Assembly (NCBI GenBank): GCA_044346015.1
Contig: JBIJAA010000002.1
Location: forward strand, 43,960-107,959
Source of the DNA: Candidatus Planktophila sp.
GTDB lineage: Bacteria > Actinomycetota > Actinomycetes > Nanopelagicales > Nanopelagicaceae
Direction of reading: 5' to 3'
Length of the DNA: 64,000 nucleotides
The translations under genes and the position numbers were made by a program. Below the pieces are notes generated by a model that did no database searches, was not told the DNA's origin, and was given only the letters and a program-made list of their open reading frames with translations. Shown one piece after another: positions 1 through 12,264 of the stretch (its first letter is position 1; each line of letters starts with the position of its first letter).

Positions 1-939
1 CTTATCTAAGGCCAGTACTGGTGCAAGTTTTTGCCATGCTTGTCGATCATAAGCAATAGGCAAACCATACGAACGTAAAATGCTTCGATGTAAATCTAAA
101 TCCGCTTGCGATATCAAACCCCGAGCCAAAGCTAACTCTGCTGCATACACCAAGCCGATCGAAACAGCTTCACCATGGCGGAGCTCGTACTTGGAATGGA
201 TTTCAATGGCATGACCTAAAGTGTGACCGTAATTAAGAGCTTCACGTGAAAAACTTTCCTTAAAGTCAGAGGAAACAACTTGGGCCTTCACGGTTACGGC
301 ACGCTGAATCAATTCAGAGATCACCTCTGGACTTTTGCGTAGGGATTCAACTGAGTGCAACCCAGCTAGATCAAGAATTGCCTGGTCTGCAATAAACCCA
401 CACTTAATAACCTCAGCCATACCAGCTGCGATGTCACGATCTGCCAGAGTGCTTAAGAAATTTGTATCGATGATCACTTCTATTGGCGAGTAAAAAGCAC
501 CAATTAGATTCTTTCCATAATCTGAATTTATCCCTGTTTTGCCTCCGACTGATGCATCAACCATTCCGGCCAATGAAGTTGGGACTGCTATCCAATCTAA
601 TCCGCGAAGCCATGACGCAGCAGCAAAGCCAGCTAAATCTGTGACTGCTCCCCCGCCTATTCCTACGATTAAATCAGAGCGAGTAAATCCTGCTGCACCT
701 AGCCAATTCCAGAGTTTTGCGATGGTTTCAACATTTTTACCATCTTCACCATCTGGTACCTCGAAAACATGAAGCTCAGCGTCTAAATCTCTGAGTGTGG
801 TCAAATCGGGCGAAAATATTTTGGAAACAATAATTGCAACTCGCACACGACCCTCACACTTCTTTGCCAAGTTGCTAAACCAAGCATTCGAGAAGGTCAC
901 TTCGTAAGAGTGCTCTGCCTTTACTAAAATAGTCGTCAC
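1..939 (-). CDS. aroB: 3-dehydroquinate synthase (partial, runs off the window start)
   Basis: Not in the ORF track. Read manually from GTG 939 (GTGA overlap with the aroK stop): MTTILVKAEHSYEV...; motifs GIGGGAVTDLAGF, PTSLAGMVDASVGGKTG, LNYGHTLGHA, HGEAVSIG. Confidence 0.95.
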   Translation of the reverse strand, partial: MTTILVKAEHSYEVTFSNAWFSNLAKKCEGRVRVAIIVSKIFSPDLTTLRDLDAELHVFEVPDGEDGKNVETIAKLWNWLGAAGFTRSDLIVGIGGGAVTDLAGFAAASWLRGLDWIAVPTSLAGMVDASVGGKTGINSDYGKNLIGAFYSPIEVIIDTNFLSTLADRDIAAGMAEVIKCGFIADQAILDLAGLHSVESLRKSPEVISELIQRAVTVKAQVVSSDFKESFSREALNYGHTLGHAIEIHSKYELRHGEAVSIGLVYAAELALARGLISQADLDLHRSILRSYGLPIAYDRQAWQKLAPVLALDK

Positions 940-1439
940 GGCATGATCGATTCAATAATTGAAACTATTTCATCAACACTCATGTCATCAACTTTAATAG
1001 ATAGCGTTGAGAGTTTCTCGTATATCGGCCTTCTTTGATCTGAAAGTGCCTGCCACTGCGCACGAGGATTACCTAGAAGCAAAGGCCGATCTCGATTGAA
1101 TCCAACCCTAGGCGCGGCTGTCGCAAGGGAAACATCCAAGAACACGATACTTGACTCAGATGAGACCAGCGCATCTTGAGCACGTTGGGAAATCGGAGCA
1201 CCGCCACCCAGGCTTATAACAGCGGAGGGTTCCAGTAAAACTTCTTGCAATGTTTCAAATTCAATAGTGCGAAAATGCTCTTCGCCATCTTCGACAAAAA
1301 TATCCGTGATCTTTTTTGACGCTTTTAATTCAATCAACGCATCTGTGTCAACGAAGGGCCACTGTAAATGAGCCGCTAGAGCTACACCGACAGTACTTTT
1401 GCCACTTCCTGGCGGCCCGATCAATACGATGCGTGACAT
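936..1439 (-). CDS. aroK: shikimate kinase
   Basis: GPPGSGKST P-loop, FVDTD, SLGGG, RPLL. Confidence 0.95.
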   Translation of the reverse strand: MSRIVLIGPPGSGKSTVGVALAAHLQWPFVDTDALIELKASKKITDIFVEDGEEHFRTIEFETLQEVLLEPSAVISLGGGAPISQRAQDALVSSESSIVFLDVSLATAAPRVGFNRDRPLLLGNPRAQWQALSDQRRPIYEKLSTLSIKVDDMSVDEIVSIIESIMP

Positions 1440-1448
1440 GAGGATGTT

Positions 1449-2630
1449 TTACTTGAAGTTCAAATTGGCGATATAGGACTCAAAATTGCGCCGTGTTTCA
1501 GTAACTGAATCGCCACCAAATTTTTCAAGCACCACTTCTGCTAAAACCAGTGCCACCATAGCCTCAGCAACAACTCCTGCCGCTGGTACTGCGCACACAT
1601 CGGATCTTTGATTGATTGCCTTTGCCGCTTCACCTGTAGCGACGTCGATGGTATCTAGTGCTTTTGGAACAGTGGAAATTGGCTTCATCGCTGCGCGTAC
1701 CCGCAAAATCTCACCGTTAGACATTCCGCCCTCAGTGCCACCTGCACGATCAGTGCGTCGAACTATCTTTCCTGTTGAATCCTTTTCGATTTCATCGTGT
1801 GCAACCGATCCACGACGTGCGGCAGTTCTAAAACCATCTCCGATTTCAACGCCCTTAATTGCTTGGATGCCCATTACTGCTCCAGCTAATTTTGAATCTA
1901 GTCGTCGATCCCAATGAACATGCGAACCCAGCCCAGGTGGCATATTAAAAGCTAAAACCTCTACAACCCCTCCTAAGGTGTCGCCATCTCGATGCGCATT
2001 TTCTATCTCGGTAATCATCAGTTCACTTGTTGCTCTGTCAGCACATCTAACTGGATCTTCATCAATCGATGCCATATCGCCGGCTTGAGGTAAGGTGGCA
2101 CCATCGTCAACTCGAACAGAGCCAATAGAAAGCACGTGACTAAGAATTGTTATGCCAACTGTTTGCTGCAGGAAATTTCGAGCAACAGCGCCAAGTGCAA
2201 CTCGTGCAGCAGTTTCACGAGCACTCGCACGTTCTAAAATCGCACGTGCATCATCTAGGTGATACTTTTGCATTCCAACTAAATCAGCATGCCCTGGACG
2301 CGGTCGGGTGAGCGGTGCATTGCGTCCTAAATCCTTGATCTCTTCCTCTGGCACGGGATCGGCAGACATAACCTTTTCCCACTTAGGCCATTCTGAATTG
2401 CCAACTTGAATTGCAATTGGCCCACCTTGCGTTAATCCCAGACGAATGCCACCAAGGATTGTCACCTTATCTGCTTCAAAGTTTTGACGTGCTCCGCGAC
2501 CAACACCTAAGCGTCGACGTTGCAAATGAAAATCAATGTCGGCGGTAGTAATCGATACAGATGCTGGAATGCCCTCAACGATTGCACTAAGGGCCTGGCC
2601 ATGAGATTCACCTGCTGTTAACCAACGCAT
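1449..2630 (-). CDS. aroC: chorismate synthase
   Basis: [11 protein letters not shown] start (ATG 2630), [24 protein letters not shown]. Confidence 0.97.
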   Translation of the reverse strand: MRWLTAGESHGQALSAIVEGIPASVSITTADIDFHLQRRRLGVGRGARQNFEADKVTILGGIRLGLTQGGPIAIQVGNSEWPKWEKVMSADPVPEEEIKDLGRNAPLTRPRPGHADLVGMQKYHLDDARAILERASARETAARVALGAVARNFLQQTVGITILSHVLSIGSVRVDDGATLPQAGDMASIDEDPVRCADRATSELMITEIENAHRDGDTLGGVVEVLAFNMPPGLGSHVHWDRRLDSKLAGAVMGIQAIKGVEIGDGFRTAARRGSVAHDEIEKDSTGKIVRRTDRAGGTEGGMSNGEILRVRAAMKPISTVPKALDTIDVATGEAAKAINQRSDVCAVPAAGVVAEAMVALVLAEVVLEKFGGDSVTETRRNFESYIANLNFK

Positions 2631-2655
2631 AAGCGTATTCTTGCAGATATCTCTA

Positions 2656-3045
2656 CTACCTCGTTGCCAAATATGTTCCAAGCCCTATGAAAATGCTTGG
2701 GGCTAGGGCTATTTTCGATGGAATCGCTCGATGAAATGCAGTCATCACCGCAATATGAACCAGCGAAACGATAAACACGAAGGCAATATATTCGGCCGCA
2801 TTAAAACTGTGCGTCAGAAGGATTATTGCAAGAAGTTTCAGATCGCCCATACCCGTACCTATTAGATACAGCAGAATTAGTATCGCTAGAGATACTGCAA
2901 CCTGTCTCAGCTGACCTAATCCGACAAGAGCTAGATAAGTGAGAGCGCAATAGAGAAGGACTTTGTTGTAGATATTTGGAATAACGAAGTTGCTCATGTC
3001 AGCGATGCATATCGGTATTGATAGAGCAAGAAGTGCGATATTCAT
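2656..3045 (-). CDS. small A24 (prepilin peptidase-like) aspartic membrane peptidase
   Basis: Hydrophobic; D..IPN and GMGDLKL aspartate motifs; C-terminal IALAP; usual actinobacterial position between aroE and aroC. Confidence 0.7.
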   Translation of the reverse strand: MNIALLALSIPICIADMSNFVIPNIYNKVLLYCALTYLALVGLGQLRQVAVSLAILILLYLIGTGMGDLKLLAIILLTHSFNAAEYIAFVFIVSLVHIAVMTAFHRAIPSKIALAPSIFIGLGTYLATR

Positions 3046-3090
3046 TGCTCCACGCTACAAGGCGATTCTGGGCAGAAAACCGCCTGTGGA

Positions 3091-3897
3091 TTAAGCCAGA
3101 GCTTTCTCCCCCACGGCACGTAGCATCTTGGCAACCTGCATTCGGTCAACCGAACACGATGCAAATATTTCAACTTGAGAGATAGCTTGATGGATCAATA
3201 GATCTAAACCATCGATTCCATATCCACCTGATTCTCGCCATTTTGACAATATGGTAGTTGGCCATGGATTGTAGAGAACCTCAAAAAATGTTGAACTGGT
3301 GTTAGAAATTCGGTCAACAAAGATTGATGCGGTCTCACCTGGTGTCGTATTTACTATCAAATCGAATTCGTTGAAATCAATCGTTGCATCCCATTCAATG
3401 AAATCCATAGCCAGATTAAGCCCCGAATTTCTTATTGCAAGTTCGCGAGCCGGATTTCTATGGATAACCGTGACACCCTGGCTAACGCCACCACAAGCAG
3501 CAACGACCGCTCTGGCGGTTGCACCAGCTCCTATAACTAAAACTCGTCCACGAGCGTCTCGACCATGTGAATCCAAGGCGTGAGAAAAACCTTCAACATC
3601 AGTACTGGCTAGATTCCATAGGCCATCTCTTTTAGACAAGGTGTTTCCACTTTGAATCTTGCGCGCAACATCTGACACCGAATCTGCAACTAATAGAGCC
3701 TCCTCCTTGAGGGGCATCGTTAGGGAAATGCTATTTAGAGATGATCCTTCATTATCTAGAAAAAGTTGTAACTGCCCTGATTGAACTTCGAATGCAGAAT
3801 AAGTTGCATCTATACCCAGATATTCATACATGGTCTTGTGCAATAGAGGACTGAGTGAATGCGAGATTGGTGAACCTAGAACACCGCCGGCAATCAC
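3091..3897 (-). CDS. aroE: shikimate dehydrogenase
   Basis: GSPISHSLSPLLH, LTMPLK, TDVEG, GAGATA. Confidence 0.93.
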   Translation of the reverse strand: MIAGGVLGSPISHSLSPLLHKTMYEYLGIDATYSAFEVQSGQLQLFLDNEGSSLNSISLTMPLKEEALLVADSVSDVARKIQSGNTLSKRDGLWNLASTDVEGFSHALDSHGRDARGRVLVIGAGATARAVVAACGGVSQGVTVIHRNPARELAIRNSGLNLAMDFIEWDATIDFNEFDLIVNTTPGETASIFVDRISNTSSTFFEVLYNPWPTTILSKWRESGGYGIDGLDLLIHQAISQVEIFASCSVDRMQVAKMLRAVGEKALA

Positions 3898-4904
3898 TTG
3901 AATGCACCAGCCTTTCGGTTCTTTACGTATAGGGCTTTCCAGGTATTGAATTCTTCAAAGGAATTGGTAAACCGCGTATCACCAGGTGCAACTGTAACGA
4001 AATACAACCAATCCCCGGAGGCCGGTTGTAGGGCAGCCGTCATAGCCGCAACCCCTGGACTTCCGATAGGACCAGGAGGAAGACCATACTTTTTATAGGT
4101 GTTATACGGTGAGTTAATCAGAGTTGATTGGGAACTTAAGAAAATCTGACCACGCAATTTTTTAACGAAATGGACGGTAGCATCCATCTGTAACGGCATT
4201 CCAATTTTTAAGCGATTTCGAATAACTTGTGACACCTTAGCAAAATCCTTTTCACCGCCTTCGGCCTGAACTATTGAAGCGATAGTCAAAAGCTCAGAAG
4301 CAGTAAATTTGTCATCTCCCATCAATAATTGTTGAGCAACTGGCTCTGCTGTAAAGCGATCTACCATGGCTTGAACTGCCTGCAATGCCGAAGTGCCTTT
4401 CGCAAAGGAGTACTGTGCAGGAAAAAGCAATCCTTCTGAATCCGTAAATCCTTTTGGCAAAACAACTTGTGCCAATGCTTTGTTGATCTCTTGCTTATCA
4501 AACCCATAAGCAACAAGTTCGGTTACTACCTCACTCTTCCAGCCGCCCTCATAAATTCTGATTAGATTAGGAATGCGATCGGCATCGAGTAACTGTTCGA
4601 GTGCTTGCAGTGCCGAAATATTCTGCGAAATTCGATGATTACCTGGTGCTATCTTCTCCGAGCGCTTATCCCCTACCGCCACTCTAAAGAAGGCCTCAGA
4701 GGATTTGATTACTTCGTTTTCAAAGAGCAACTGTGCTATTTCCGATCCTGTCGATCCATTCGGAATATCGATGACAACTTCTGACTGATCAGCAATCATC
4801 ATATTGGTAGGAAAATCTGGTGCCACAGTTGGCCCTGATCGCGCGAAGAAGAACGCACCCAGCAACGCAACTCCCATAACGGCAACAACCAAGCGAACCT
4901 TCAT
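3894..4904 (-). CDS. mltG: endolytic transglycosylase MltG
   Basis: N-terminal TM, EGLLFPAQY, ASIVQAE, LQMDAT, SPYNTY..GLPPGPI. Confidence 0.93.
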   Translation of the reverse strand: MKVRLVVAVMGVALLGAFFFARSGPTVAPDFPTNMMIADQSEVVIDIPNGSTGSEIAQLLFENEVIKSSEAFFRVAVGDKRSEKIAPGNHRISQNISALQALEQLLDADRIPNLIRIYEGGWKSEVVTELVAYGFDKQEINKALAQVVLPKGFTDSEGLLFPAQYSFAKGTSALQAVQAMVDRFTAEPVAQQLLMGDDKFTASELLTIASIVQAEGGEKDFAKVSQVIRNRLKIGMPLQMDATVHFVKKLRGQIFLSSQSTLINSPYNTYKKYGLPPGPIGSPGVAAMTAALQPASGDWLYFVTVAPGDTRFTNSFEEFNTWKALYVKNRKAGAFK

Positions 4905-5326
4905 TTACGTTTCTCTATCTCAAGTGCAAACTCCAAAATAGCAACCGCTGCTGCCATATCGATGGCCTCTTTTGAATCTCTTGCGTTACGTCCGGCATCA
5001 CGAAGATTACGAGCAGCACTTATTGTGCTCATCCGCTCATCGATTAACTCAATAGGAACCTTTGTGATTGTGCTGAGAACCTCAACAAATCCAACTGCTT
5101 TTTCAGTTGCAGAACCATCATTTCCACTGAGCAAGGCGGGGCGACCGACGTAAATACCTACTGGTTCGATCTCGATCAATATCTCAGAAATCTGCTTTCG
5201 CAAATCTTTATCCGTCGCCTTTAGGGTAGTTAAGGGAGAGCATAGGATTGAATCAGGATCACTAACCGCTACGCCAATCCGAACATCACCATAATCAAAT
5301 GCGATACGACGTCCGCGCTCCATCAT
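4901..5326 (-). CDS. ruvX: RuvX/YqgF RNase H-fold nuclease
   Basis: AFDYGDVRIGVAVSD, DERMST, IDMAAA; follows alaS. Confidence 0.93.
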   Translation of the reverse strand: MMERGRRIAFDYGDVRIGVAVSDPDSILCSPLTTLKATDKDLRKQISEILIEIEPVGIYVGRPALLSGNDGSATEKAVGFVEVLSTITKVPIELIDERMSTISAARNLRDAGRNARDSKEAIDMAAAVAILEFALEIEKRK

Positions 5327-7999
5327 TTAACCAATGAGTGCTTTTGAGATTGCCGAGAGCGCATCGAGTGACTTAGATGCATCAATGCCGCCACCTTGGG
5401 CAAAATCATCCTTGCCGCCACCGCCACCGCCAAGAATAGTTGAACCTATCTTTACTAATGCACCGGCCTTAACGCCAGCGGTTCGTGCGCCTTCACTTGT
5501 TGCTACTACTAAAACTGGTTTTCCCTCATTTGCACTGATCAGAGCCACGACAGATTGAGCTTCGCGAGAGCGTAGATCGATAGCAATCTTGCGCAGATCA
5601 TCACCTGAAACACCATCTGCCATTACAGATGAAATAAAGGAAATTCCATTAATTACCAAGGCCCTCTTGGCCAGTTCCCCAACTTGGGAAAATGCTTGTG
5701 CTGAACGCACTGAGGCAAGCTCTTTTTCAATCTCTTTCATTTTGTTTAGTAACTCAGAAATACGTTCTGGTAACTCTTCGGTCCGAGCGCCCTTTATCAA
5801 ATCAGTGAGGGAGTTAAGTAATACATGTTCACGAGCTAAAAACTTGTAAGCATCGACACCGACAAGTGCTTCTACGCGACGTACACCGGCTCCAATAGAA
5901 GACTCGCTTAGCAACTTGATAACACCTAACTGTCCAGATCTTTCGACGTGGGTACCACCGCACAATTCGCGAGCCCAGTCACCAACACTGACTACGCGAA
6001 CAACATCCCCATACTTTTCGCCAAACAATGCCATCGCACCCAGCTCTTTAGCCTTTGCCTGGCTCATGCTCTCTGCTGTTACTTCTAGGTTGTCGAGCAA
6101 TAAAGTATTCACGCGTGATTCAACATCATTTAAAACACTTACGGGTACTGAGCCCGTTGCTGGAAAATCAAATCGGAATCGTCCAGGTGAGTTCTCAGAA
6201 CCTGCTTGTGTTGCAGTTTCGCCAAGAATTTCACGGAAAGCTTTATGAACCATGTGTGTAGCGGTGTGCGCGCGAGAAATAGCGTGGCGACGTTCAATAT
6301 CGATTTCAGCAAGTGCATCACTGCCCACTTCGATTGATCCACTAATGACTCGGCCACGGTGAACAGACAATCCAGGAACAGGTGATTGAACATCTTCAAT
6401 TTCAACAACTGCGCCGCTGCTCAAGGTAATACGACCACCATCAGCTAACTGACCGCCACCTTCAGAGTAAAAAGGAGTGCGGTTGAGAGTTAGCTCTACA
6501 TCTTCACCTTTTGATGCACTTGAAACTCCAATGCCATCTACAACTATTCCAGTTAGCTTTGATTCCGAACTCTGGTGCGTGTAGCCAATGAATTCACCTT
6601 TGCCACTCTTGTCGGCAATAGCTTTGTATACAGAAACATCTGTGTGGCCAGATTTCTTGGCCCTAGCATCAGCCTTGGCTCGATCCTTTTGCTCTTTCAT
6701 CAGGCGACGGAAGCCATCTTCGTCAACTTCAAGACCTTCTTCGCGAGCCATCTCGAGTGTTAAATCAAAAGGGAATCCATAAGTATCGTGCAGCTTGAAT
6801 ACTTCATCCCCAGGCAAAATTGTTGATTTGCTCTTTTTTAGAGCAACAGATGCTAGATCAAATATTTGTGTTCCACTCTTGAGGGTTTGCAAGAAACTTT
6901 CCTCTTCGGAAACACTGACTGACAATATGCGCTTCTTATCCGCAACCAGTTCAGGATATTGCGGGCCCATAGCCGCGATTGCAGAAATAGTTAGTTCAGA
7001 CATGATCGGATCCATTGATCCCAAAAGGCGCATATTGCGGATTGTTCTACGCATCATTCGACGTAAAACATAACCTCTTCCTTCATTACCAGGTGTTACC
7101 CCATCGCCTATCAACATCGCAGATGTGCGCGCATGATCTGCGATCACACGGAGGGAAATATCTGACTTTTCAGACGATCCGTACTTAACTCCGGTTAGCT
7201 CAGAAGCACGGTTTAAAATCATAATTGTTGTATCGATTTCGTAAATGTTTTCAACACCTTGTAGCAAAGCCGCCGTACGTTCTAACCCAAGCCCTGTATC
7301 GATGCTTTTAGCTGGAAGTTCACCAAGGATTGGATAGCTGTCCTTACCGCCTCCTGCGCCTCGCTCATTCTGCATGAAAACTAGATTCCAGATTTCAAGA
7401 TAGCGATTCTCATCTGCTATCGGGCCACCTTCGGCCCCATATGCAGGACCACGATCGTAATAAATTTCAGAGCACGGCCCGCATGGCCCCGGAACTCCCA
7501 TAGACCAGAAGTTATCGGCCATGTCACGTCGTTGGATTCGCTCCTTTGGAACACCTATTTGCTTATGCCAAATATCGGCTGCTTCATCATCGTCTAAGTA
7601 AACAGTTACCCACAATTTTTCTTCGGGAAAACCGTAGCCACCATCTGCAATTGGACGTGTTAGTAGTTCCCATGCAAGAGCGATCGCGCCTTCCTTAAAG
7701 TAATCACCGAAAGAGAAATTACCGCACATCTGAAAGAAAGATGCGTGACGAGTAGTCTTACCAACTTCATCAATATCTAGAGTGCGAACACATTTTTGAA
7801 CCGAAGTTGCACGCTTATAAGGTGGCGTAACTTCGCCCAGAAAAAACGGCTTAAATGGAACCATTCCGGCGTTTACTAATAAAAGATTCGGATCATCAGC
7901 AATTAAAGATGCTGAAGGAACAACAGTGTGAGTTAAGCCTTGACGATTATCTGATTCAAAAAAGCGCAGCCAGCGCGAACGGATCTCGGCGGATTCCAC
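5327..7999 (-). CDS. alaS: alanyl-tRNA synthetase
   Basis: [18 protein letters not shown] and ELCGGTH editing motifs, GGGGGK C-terminus. Confidence 0.98.
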   Translation of the reverse strand: MESAEIRSRWLRFFESDNRQGLTHTVVPSASLIADDPNLLLVNAGMVPFKPFFLGEVTPPYKRATSVQKCVRTLDIDEVGKTTRHASFFQMCGNFSFGDYFKEGAIALAWELLTRPIADGGYGFPEEKLWVTVYLDDDEAADIWHKQIGVPKERIQRRDMADNFWSMGVPGPCGPCSEIYYDRGPAYGAEGGPIADENRYLEIWNLVFMQNERGAGGGKDSYPILGELPAKSIDTGLGLERTAALLQGVENIYEIDTTIMILNRASELTGVKYGSSEKSDISLRVIADHARTSAMLIGDGVTPGNEGRGYVLRRMMRRTIRNMRLLGSMDPIMSELTISAIAAMGPQYPELVADKKRILSVSVSEEESFLQTLKSGTQIFDLASVALKKSKSTILPGDEVFKLHDTYGFPFDLTLEMAREEGLEVDEDGFRRLMKEQKDRAKADARAKKSGHTDVSVYKAIADKSGKGEFIGYTHQSSESKLTGIVVDGIGVSSASKGEDVELTLNRTPFYSEGGGQLADGGRITLSSGAVVEIEDVQSPVPGLSVHRGRVISGSIEVGSDALAEIDIERRHAISRAHTATHMVHKAFREILGETATQAGSENSPGRFRFDFPATGSVPVSVLNDVESRVNTLLLDNLEVTAESMSQAKAKELGAMALFGEKYGDVVRVVSVGDWARELCGGTHVERSGQLGVIKLLSESSIGAGVRRVEALVGVDAYKFLAREHVLLNSLTDLIKGARTEELPERISELLNKMKEIEKELASVRSAQAFSQVGELAKRALVINGISFISSVMADGVSGDDLRKIAIDLRSREAQSVVALISANEGKPVLVVATSEGARTAGVKAGALVKIGSTILGGGGGGKDDFAQGGGIDASKSLDALSAISKALIG

Positions 8000-8008
8000 T
8001 AGCTAAGA

Positions 8009-8374
8009 TCACTCAGCCTTCTTCTTCTTCTTTGAGCGACTTTTACCCAGTTGTGCAGCAGACAAAAGAGCCCCAGCAACCTTAACTGCAGAACTATTTT
8101 TATCCACAAACGTTGAAGTAGCTGCATTTAACTTATCCGACATCTCTTCTATATTCTTGCTAACGCGATTAATGCTATGAAGAGGGCCGTTAACTAAAGT
8201 TACAGTTGTGTTTAATTCATCGATTAGTGGTGCTGTTTCATCAGTTAGCACCTTGAGAGAAACACGTGCTTCATCTACTAGTCGACCAAATCGAACTACG
8301 ACATAGGCAACGGCGATCGCAATTATCGCCAGTGATGATGCTGCAATTATTGTTGCAATTCCGCCAGATCCCAT
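8009..8374 (-). CDS. DUF948-like membrane protein
   Basis: N-terminal TM plus coiled coil; usual position upstream of alaS. Confidence 0.7.
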   Translation of the reverse strand: MGSGGIATIIAASSLAIIAIAVAYVVVRFGRLVDEARVSLKVLTDETAPLIDELNTTVTLVNGPLHSINRVSKNIEEMSDKLNAATSTFVDKNSSAVKVAGALLSAAQLGKSRSKKKKKAE

Positions 8375-8394
8375 GGGTCTACTCTACCTGACCC

Positions 8395-10149
8395 TTACTT
8401 ATCTTCGCCGGTTTTTGCTTGTGGAACCCAGTCAATTCCGCTCTCTTTGCGTTGAGCGGGAGTAATTGGAGTTGGGGCACCAGTTAATGGGTCTCCCCCA
8501 CTAGCTGTCTTTGGGAAAGCAATAACTTCTCGAATCGAATCAGAGCCTGTTAATAATGCACACACACGATCCAGTCCAAGTGCAATTCCACCATGGGGAG
8601 GGGGGCCATAGTTAAAGGCCTCCAACAAGAATCCGAACTTACTGTTTGCCTCTTCATCGCTTAAACCGATGACAGAGAACACATCCTTTTGAATGTTCCG
8701 ATCATGAATACGAATCGATCCACCACCTAATTCAGTTCCATTCAAAACAATGTCATAGGCATATGCCAGTGCCGCGCCAGGATCTGATTTAAATGTTCCT
8801 GCAAACTCTGGTTTTGGACCAGTAAATGGATGGTGCACAGCGGTCCACCCGCCGTTATCTGTAGGTTCAAACATTGGAGCATCTACTACCCACAAAAATT
8901 CCCATTTCCCATCAGGGATGAGCCCGCATCTTTTTCCAATTTCTAATCTCACTGCGCCCAATAGATTTAAGGAGGATGAGCGATCACCGGCTGCAAAGAA
9001 GATTGCATCTCCAATTTTCGCACCGGCTGCTTGCACGATTCCGGCAGTTTCTTTCTCAGAAATATTCTTTGAAACTGGTCCGCCTAAAGTTCCATCCTCA
9101 TTAACAAGAATGTAAGCAAGTCCTTTTGCACCACGTGCTTTAGCCCAATCCTGCCAAGCATCTAACTCACGACGAGCAGATGATGCTCCCCCTGGCATAA
9201 CAACAGCGCCCACGTAAGGTGCCTGAAAAACTCTAAATGGCGTCTCTCCAAAAAATGTTGTGAGATCAACCAACTGATTACCGAACCGCAGATCTGGTTT
9301 GTCAGATCCATAATGTGTCATCGCATCGGCATAGGTCATACGTTGCAAAGGTAGAGGAATATCGTAGTTAACAGTTTCTTTCCAAATGCGAGCAACAATT
9401 TTTTCAGCTACGGCCAAAATATCCTCTTGATCGATAAATGACATTTCGATATCTAACTGAGTGAATTCTGGCTGGCGGTCTGCACGGAAATCTTCATCCC
9501 GGAAACAACGAGCAATTTGGTAATACTTTTCCATACCTGCAACCATCAACAACTGTTTGAACAGTTGCGGTGACTGAGGCAGCGCATACCAGCTGCCTGG
9601 TTGCAGGCGCACTGGTACTAAAAAGTCTCGAGCACCTTCTGGTGTTGATCTCGTCAAATAAGGGGTTTCAATCTCGAGGAAAGTTTCTTCTTCCATTACA
9701 CGGCGTATCGTGGAAGTAACCTTTGAACGCAAACGCAGATTATGTGCTGGCTTTTCACGGCGTAGATCTAAGTAGCGATATCTCAAACGGACTTCCTCAT
9801 TGATATCTGACTCATCGCCGCTATCAACAGGAAACGGCAATGGTGCAGATTCAGAAAGAACCACAACAGTGTCGCCCATTACTTCTATTTCACCTGTTGC
9901 GATATTTGTATTCTGATTTCCGTCGGGACGAGCAACAACCTCGCCGGTTATGAGTAAGCACCACTCTGCGCGTAAAGAACCTGCGACTTTTTCATCACGG
10001 ATAACAACTTGAACCGAACCTGAAGCATCTCTTAAATCAATAAATGCCACACCACCATGATCTCGACGTCGTGAAACCCAACCTGCAAGGGTGACGGTTT
10101 GACCCGCGTGGGATTTACGAAGTGATCCTGCTTCATGTGTGCGCAACAT
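8395..10149 (-). CDS. aspS: aspartyl-tRNA synthetase (probably non-discriminating)
   Basis: [45 protein letters not shown]. Confidence 0.97.
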   Translation of the reverse strand: MLRTHEAGSLRKSHAGQTVTLAGWVSRRRDHGGVAFIDLRDASGSVQVVIRDEKVAGSLRAEWCLLITGEVVARPDGNQNTNIATGEIEVMGDTVVVLSESAPLPFPVDSGDESDINEEVRLRYRYLDLRREKPAHNLRLRSKVTSTIRRVMEEETFLEIETPYLTRSTPEGARDFLVPVRLQPGSWYALPQSPQLFKQLLMVAGMEKYYQIARCFRDEDFRADRQPEFTQLDIEMSFIDQEDILAVAEKIVARIWKETVNYDIPLPLQRMTYADAMTHYGSDKPDLRFGNQLVDLTTFFGETPFRVFQAPYVGAVVMPGGASSARRELDAWQDWAKARGAKGLAYILVNEDGTLGGPVSKNISEKETAGIVQAAGAKIGDAIFFAAGDRSSSLNLLGAVRLEIGKRCGLIPDGKWEFLWVVDAPMFEPTDNGGWTAVHHPFTGPKPEFAGTFKSDPGAALAYAYDIVLNGTELGGGSIRIHDRNIQKDVFSVIGLSDEEANSKFGFLLEAFNYGPPPHGGIALGLDRVCALLTGSDSIREVIAFPKTASGGDPLTGAPTPITPAQRKESGIDWVPQAKTGEDK

Positions 10150-10169
10150 TAATAGTCCAATTTTCCGTT

Positions 10170-11420
10170 TTAGAGTGCTTCGAGCAATGAGTCAATCTTA
10201 ACGGAAGATGTCTGTCCTGATTTCATCTCTTTCAATTCAACGCTACCGCTAGCAATCTCTGACTCACCGAGAACAATGACATGGGTTGCACCGCTCTTAT
10301 CCGCACCCTTCATGGCACCTTTAAGAGCGCGGTCACCAAAAGCAATCTCGACTGTCTTGCCATGGGCACGAAGGTCCGCAGCGATAGTAAGAGCTTTTAC
10401 CTTGGCTGACTCCCCGAGCGGAATGATGAAAAGATCGGACACAAAATCATCATTACCAATAACACCTTCTGCTTCTGCGGCGAGAAGTGCGCGATCTACT
10501 CCTAAACCAAAACCAATTCCAGATAGTGATTGACCGCCAAGTTGTTCCATCAGGCCGTCATATCTTCCGCCTCCACCGATGCCTGATTGAGCACCTAAGA
10601 GATCATGAACAAATTCAAATGTGGTTCCTGTGTAGTAATCCAACCCTCGAACCATTCGTGGATTTAATTGATAAGAAATACCAAGGGCGTCCAAATACTT
10701 TTGAACCTGCTGAAACTGTAATTTGGATTCTTCATTCAAGTAATTAATCAAAAGCGGTGCATCAGCCATCATCTTTCGCATCTCTTCGCGCTTGTCATCA
10801 AAAAGGCGCAATGGATTGATCTGGGCTCGCGCTGAAGTTGCCTCATCGAGTGTCAATGTAGAAATAAACTTCACCAGGTCAATGCGATGAGCCGCGCGAG
10901 ATTCAGCATCGCCTAATGAAGTGATTTCAAGACGGTATTTGGAAAGCCCTATAGCCTTAAAGCCCGCATCAGCTATTGCGATGACTTCGGCATCAATAGC
11001 AGGATCATCTAATCCAATTGCTTCGATTCCAACTTGATAGAACTGTCGATAACGCCCTGCCTGTGGTCGTTCTGCACGAAAGAATTGACCTGAATACCAA
11101 ACCTTCACCGGCAACTGTCCGCGATCTAAGCCATGCTCAATGACCGCTCTCATAACGCCAGCAGTTCCTTCTGGGCGCAATGTTATTGATCGTCCACCAC
11201 GATCCTCAAAGGTATACATCTCTTTTGAAACGACATCAGTAGATTCACCAACACCTCGCGTAAACAACTCTGTGTCCTCAAAAACAGGCAGTTCAATTAA
11301 TTGATAGCCTGCACGTTTTGCAGGAGCAATTAAATTTTCTCGAACAAATTCAAAGGCAACAGAGCGACTTGGAACGTATTCGCTCACACCTTTTGGAGCC
11401 GAAATCTTTTGACCTGACAT
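10170..11420 (-). CDS. hisS: histidyl-tRNA synthetase
   Basis: [33 protein letters not shown]. Confidence 0.97.
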   Translation of the reverse strand: MSGQKISAPKGVSEYVPSRSVAFEFVRENLIAPAKRAGYQLIELPVFEDTELFTRGVGESTDVVSKEMYTFEDRGGRSITLRPEGTAGVMRAVIEHGLDRGQLPVKVWYSGQFFRAERPQAGRYRQFYQVGIEAIGLDDPAIDAEVIAIADAGFKAIGLSKYRLEITSLGDAESRAAHRIDLVKFISTLTLDEATSARAQINPLRLFDDKREEMRKMMADAPLLINYLNEESKLQFQQVQKYLDALGISYQLNPRMVRGLDYYTGTTFEFVHDLLGAQSGIGGGGRYDGLMEQLGGQSLSGIGFGLGVDRALLAAEAEGVIGNDDFVSDLFIIPLGESAKVKALTIAADLRAHGKTVEIAFGDRALKGAMKGADKSGATHVIVLGESEIASGSVELKEMKSGQTSSVKIDSLLEAL

Positions 11421-12082
11421 TAGTAACGACCTGCCAAACTCTTCAAATAGGGATTGTTCTTTTTTTCATGGGCAATAGTTGTGTCGTGGCCATGTCCAGG
11501 CAACACTCGTAGGTGATCGGCTAATGGCAATACTTTCTTGCGCAAGGTCTCTTCCATATCTTTTGCAGAACCAGTGGGTAAATCGGTACGACCAATTGAA
11601 CCAGCAAACAGGACATCCCCGCTGACTAATACCTCATTGGAAACTTCAAACATTAAAGAGCCTCGAGTATGACCGGGAGCGTGGATTGTCTTAAAGGAAA
11701 GACCAACTAGTTCAATTACATCGCCATTTCGAAGTTCGCGAACATCCTTTGCTTCAGAAAAATTCATTCCAGATAAGGTGCTTTGAAATTCTGAACTGAC
11801 AAGCTTTTCTGGGTTCGACAGGGCTGCCCGATCTTCACTATGGATGTATGAAGGGATGCTGTACCCGTCAGCGATTGCTTGGATAGAAAAGGTATGGTCC
11901 AAGTGACCATGGGTTGCAATCACAGCTACCGGCTTTAGATTGTGCCTTTCCAATATTTCAGTCAGCTGCTGAGAAACATCTGGCATGCCGGGATCAATGA
12001 CCACGCATTCGGTCCCTGGCTCAGTTGCGATCACCCAGCAATTGGTGGCATACATCTGTGCGGCAAATGAGTCGATTAGCAT
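11420..12082 (-). CDS. MBL-fold metallo-hydrolase (glyoxalase II-like)
   Basis: THGHLDH, PGHTRG, GDVLF, PGHG; start ATG 12082 with a GAGGTG SD. Confidence 0.9.
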   Translation of the reverse strand: MLIDSFAAQMYATNCWVIATEPGTECVVIDPGMPDVSQQLTEILERHNLKPVAVIATHGHLDHTFSIQAIADGYSIPSYIHSEDRAALSNPEKLVSSEFQSTLSGMNFSEAKDVRELRNGDVIELVGLSFKTIHAPGHTRGSLMFEVSNEVLVSGDVLFAGSIGRTDLPTGSAKDMEETLRKKVLPLADHLRVLPGHGHDTTIAHEKKNNPYLKSLAGRY

Positions 12083-12264
12083 GCTCAACCCACCTCTTCT
12101 CACGCTCAGATTCCAGAGCGATTGACGCTCACACCATGAGACAGGGTACCTTTTGCACACGAATACACCCTCAACCCACGCTCAGAAGCCTTAAAACTTC
12201 TGAGCATCGCACCCACCACATAGCGAACTTCCAACTGAAGAAACGCGCTGAAAGGATCACTCTC

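Noticed and set aside
12025-12264. Extended starts for DUF349 (12025) and the MBL gene (12160) that would make them overlap
   Set aside because: SD-supported starts at 12265 and 12082 match the family N-termini; the extensions have no recognisable content.
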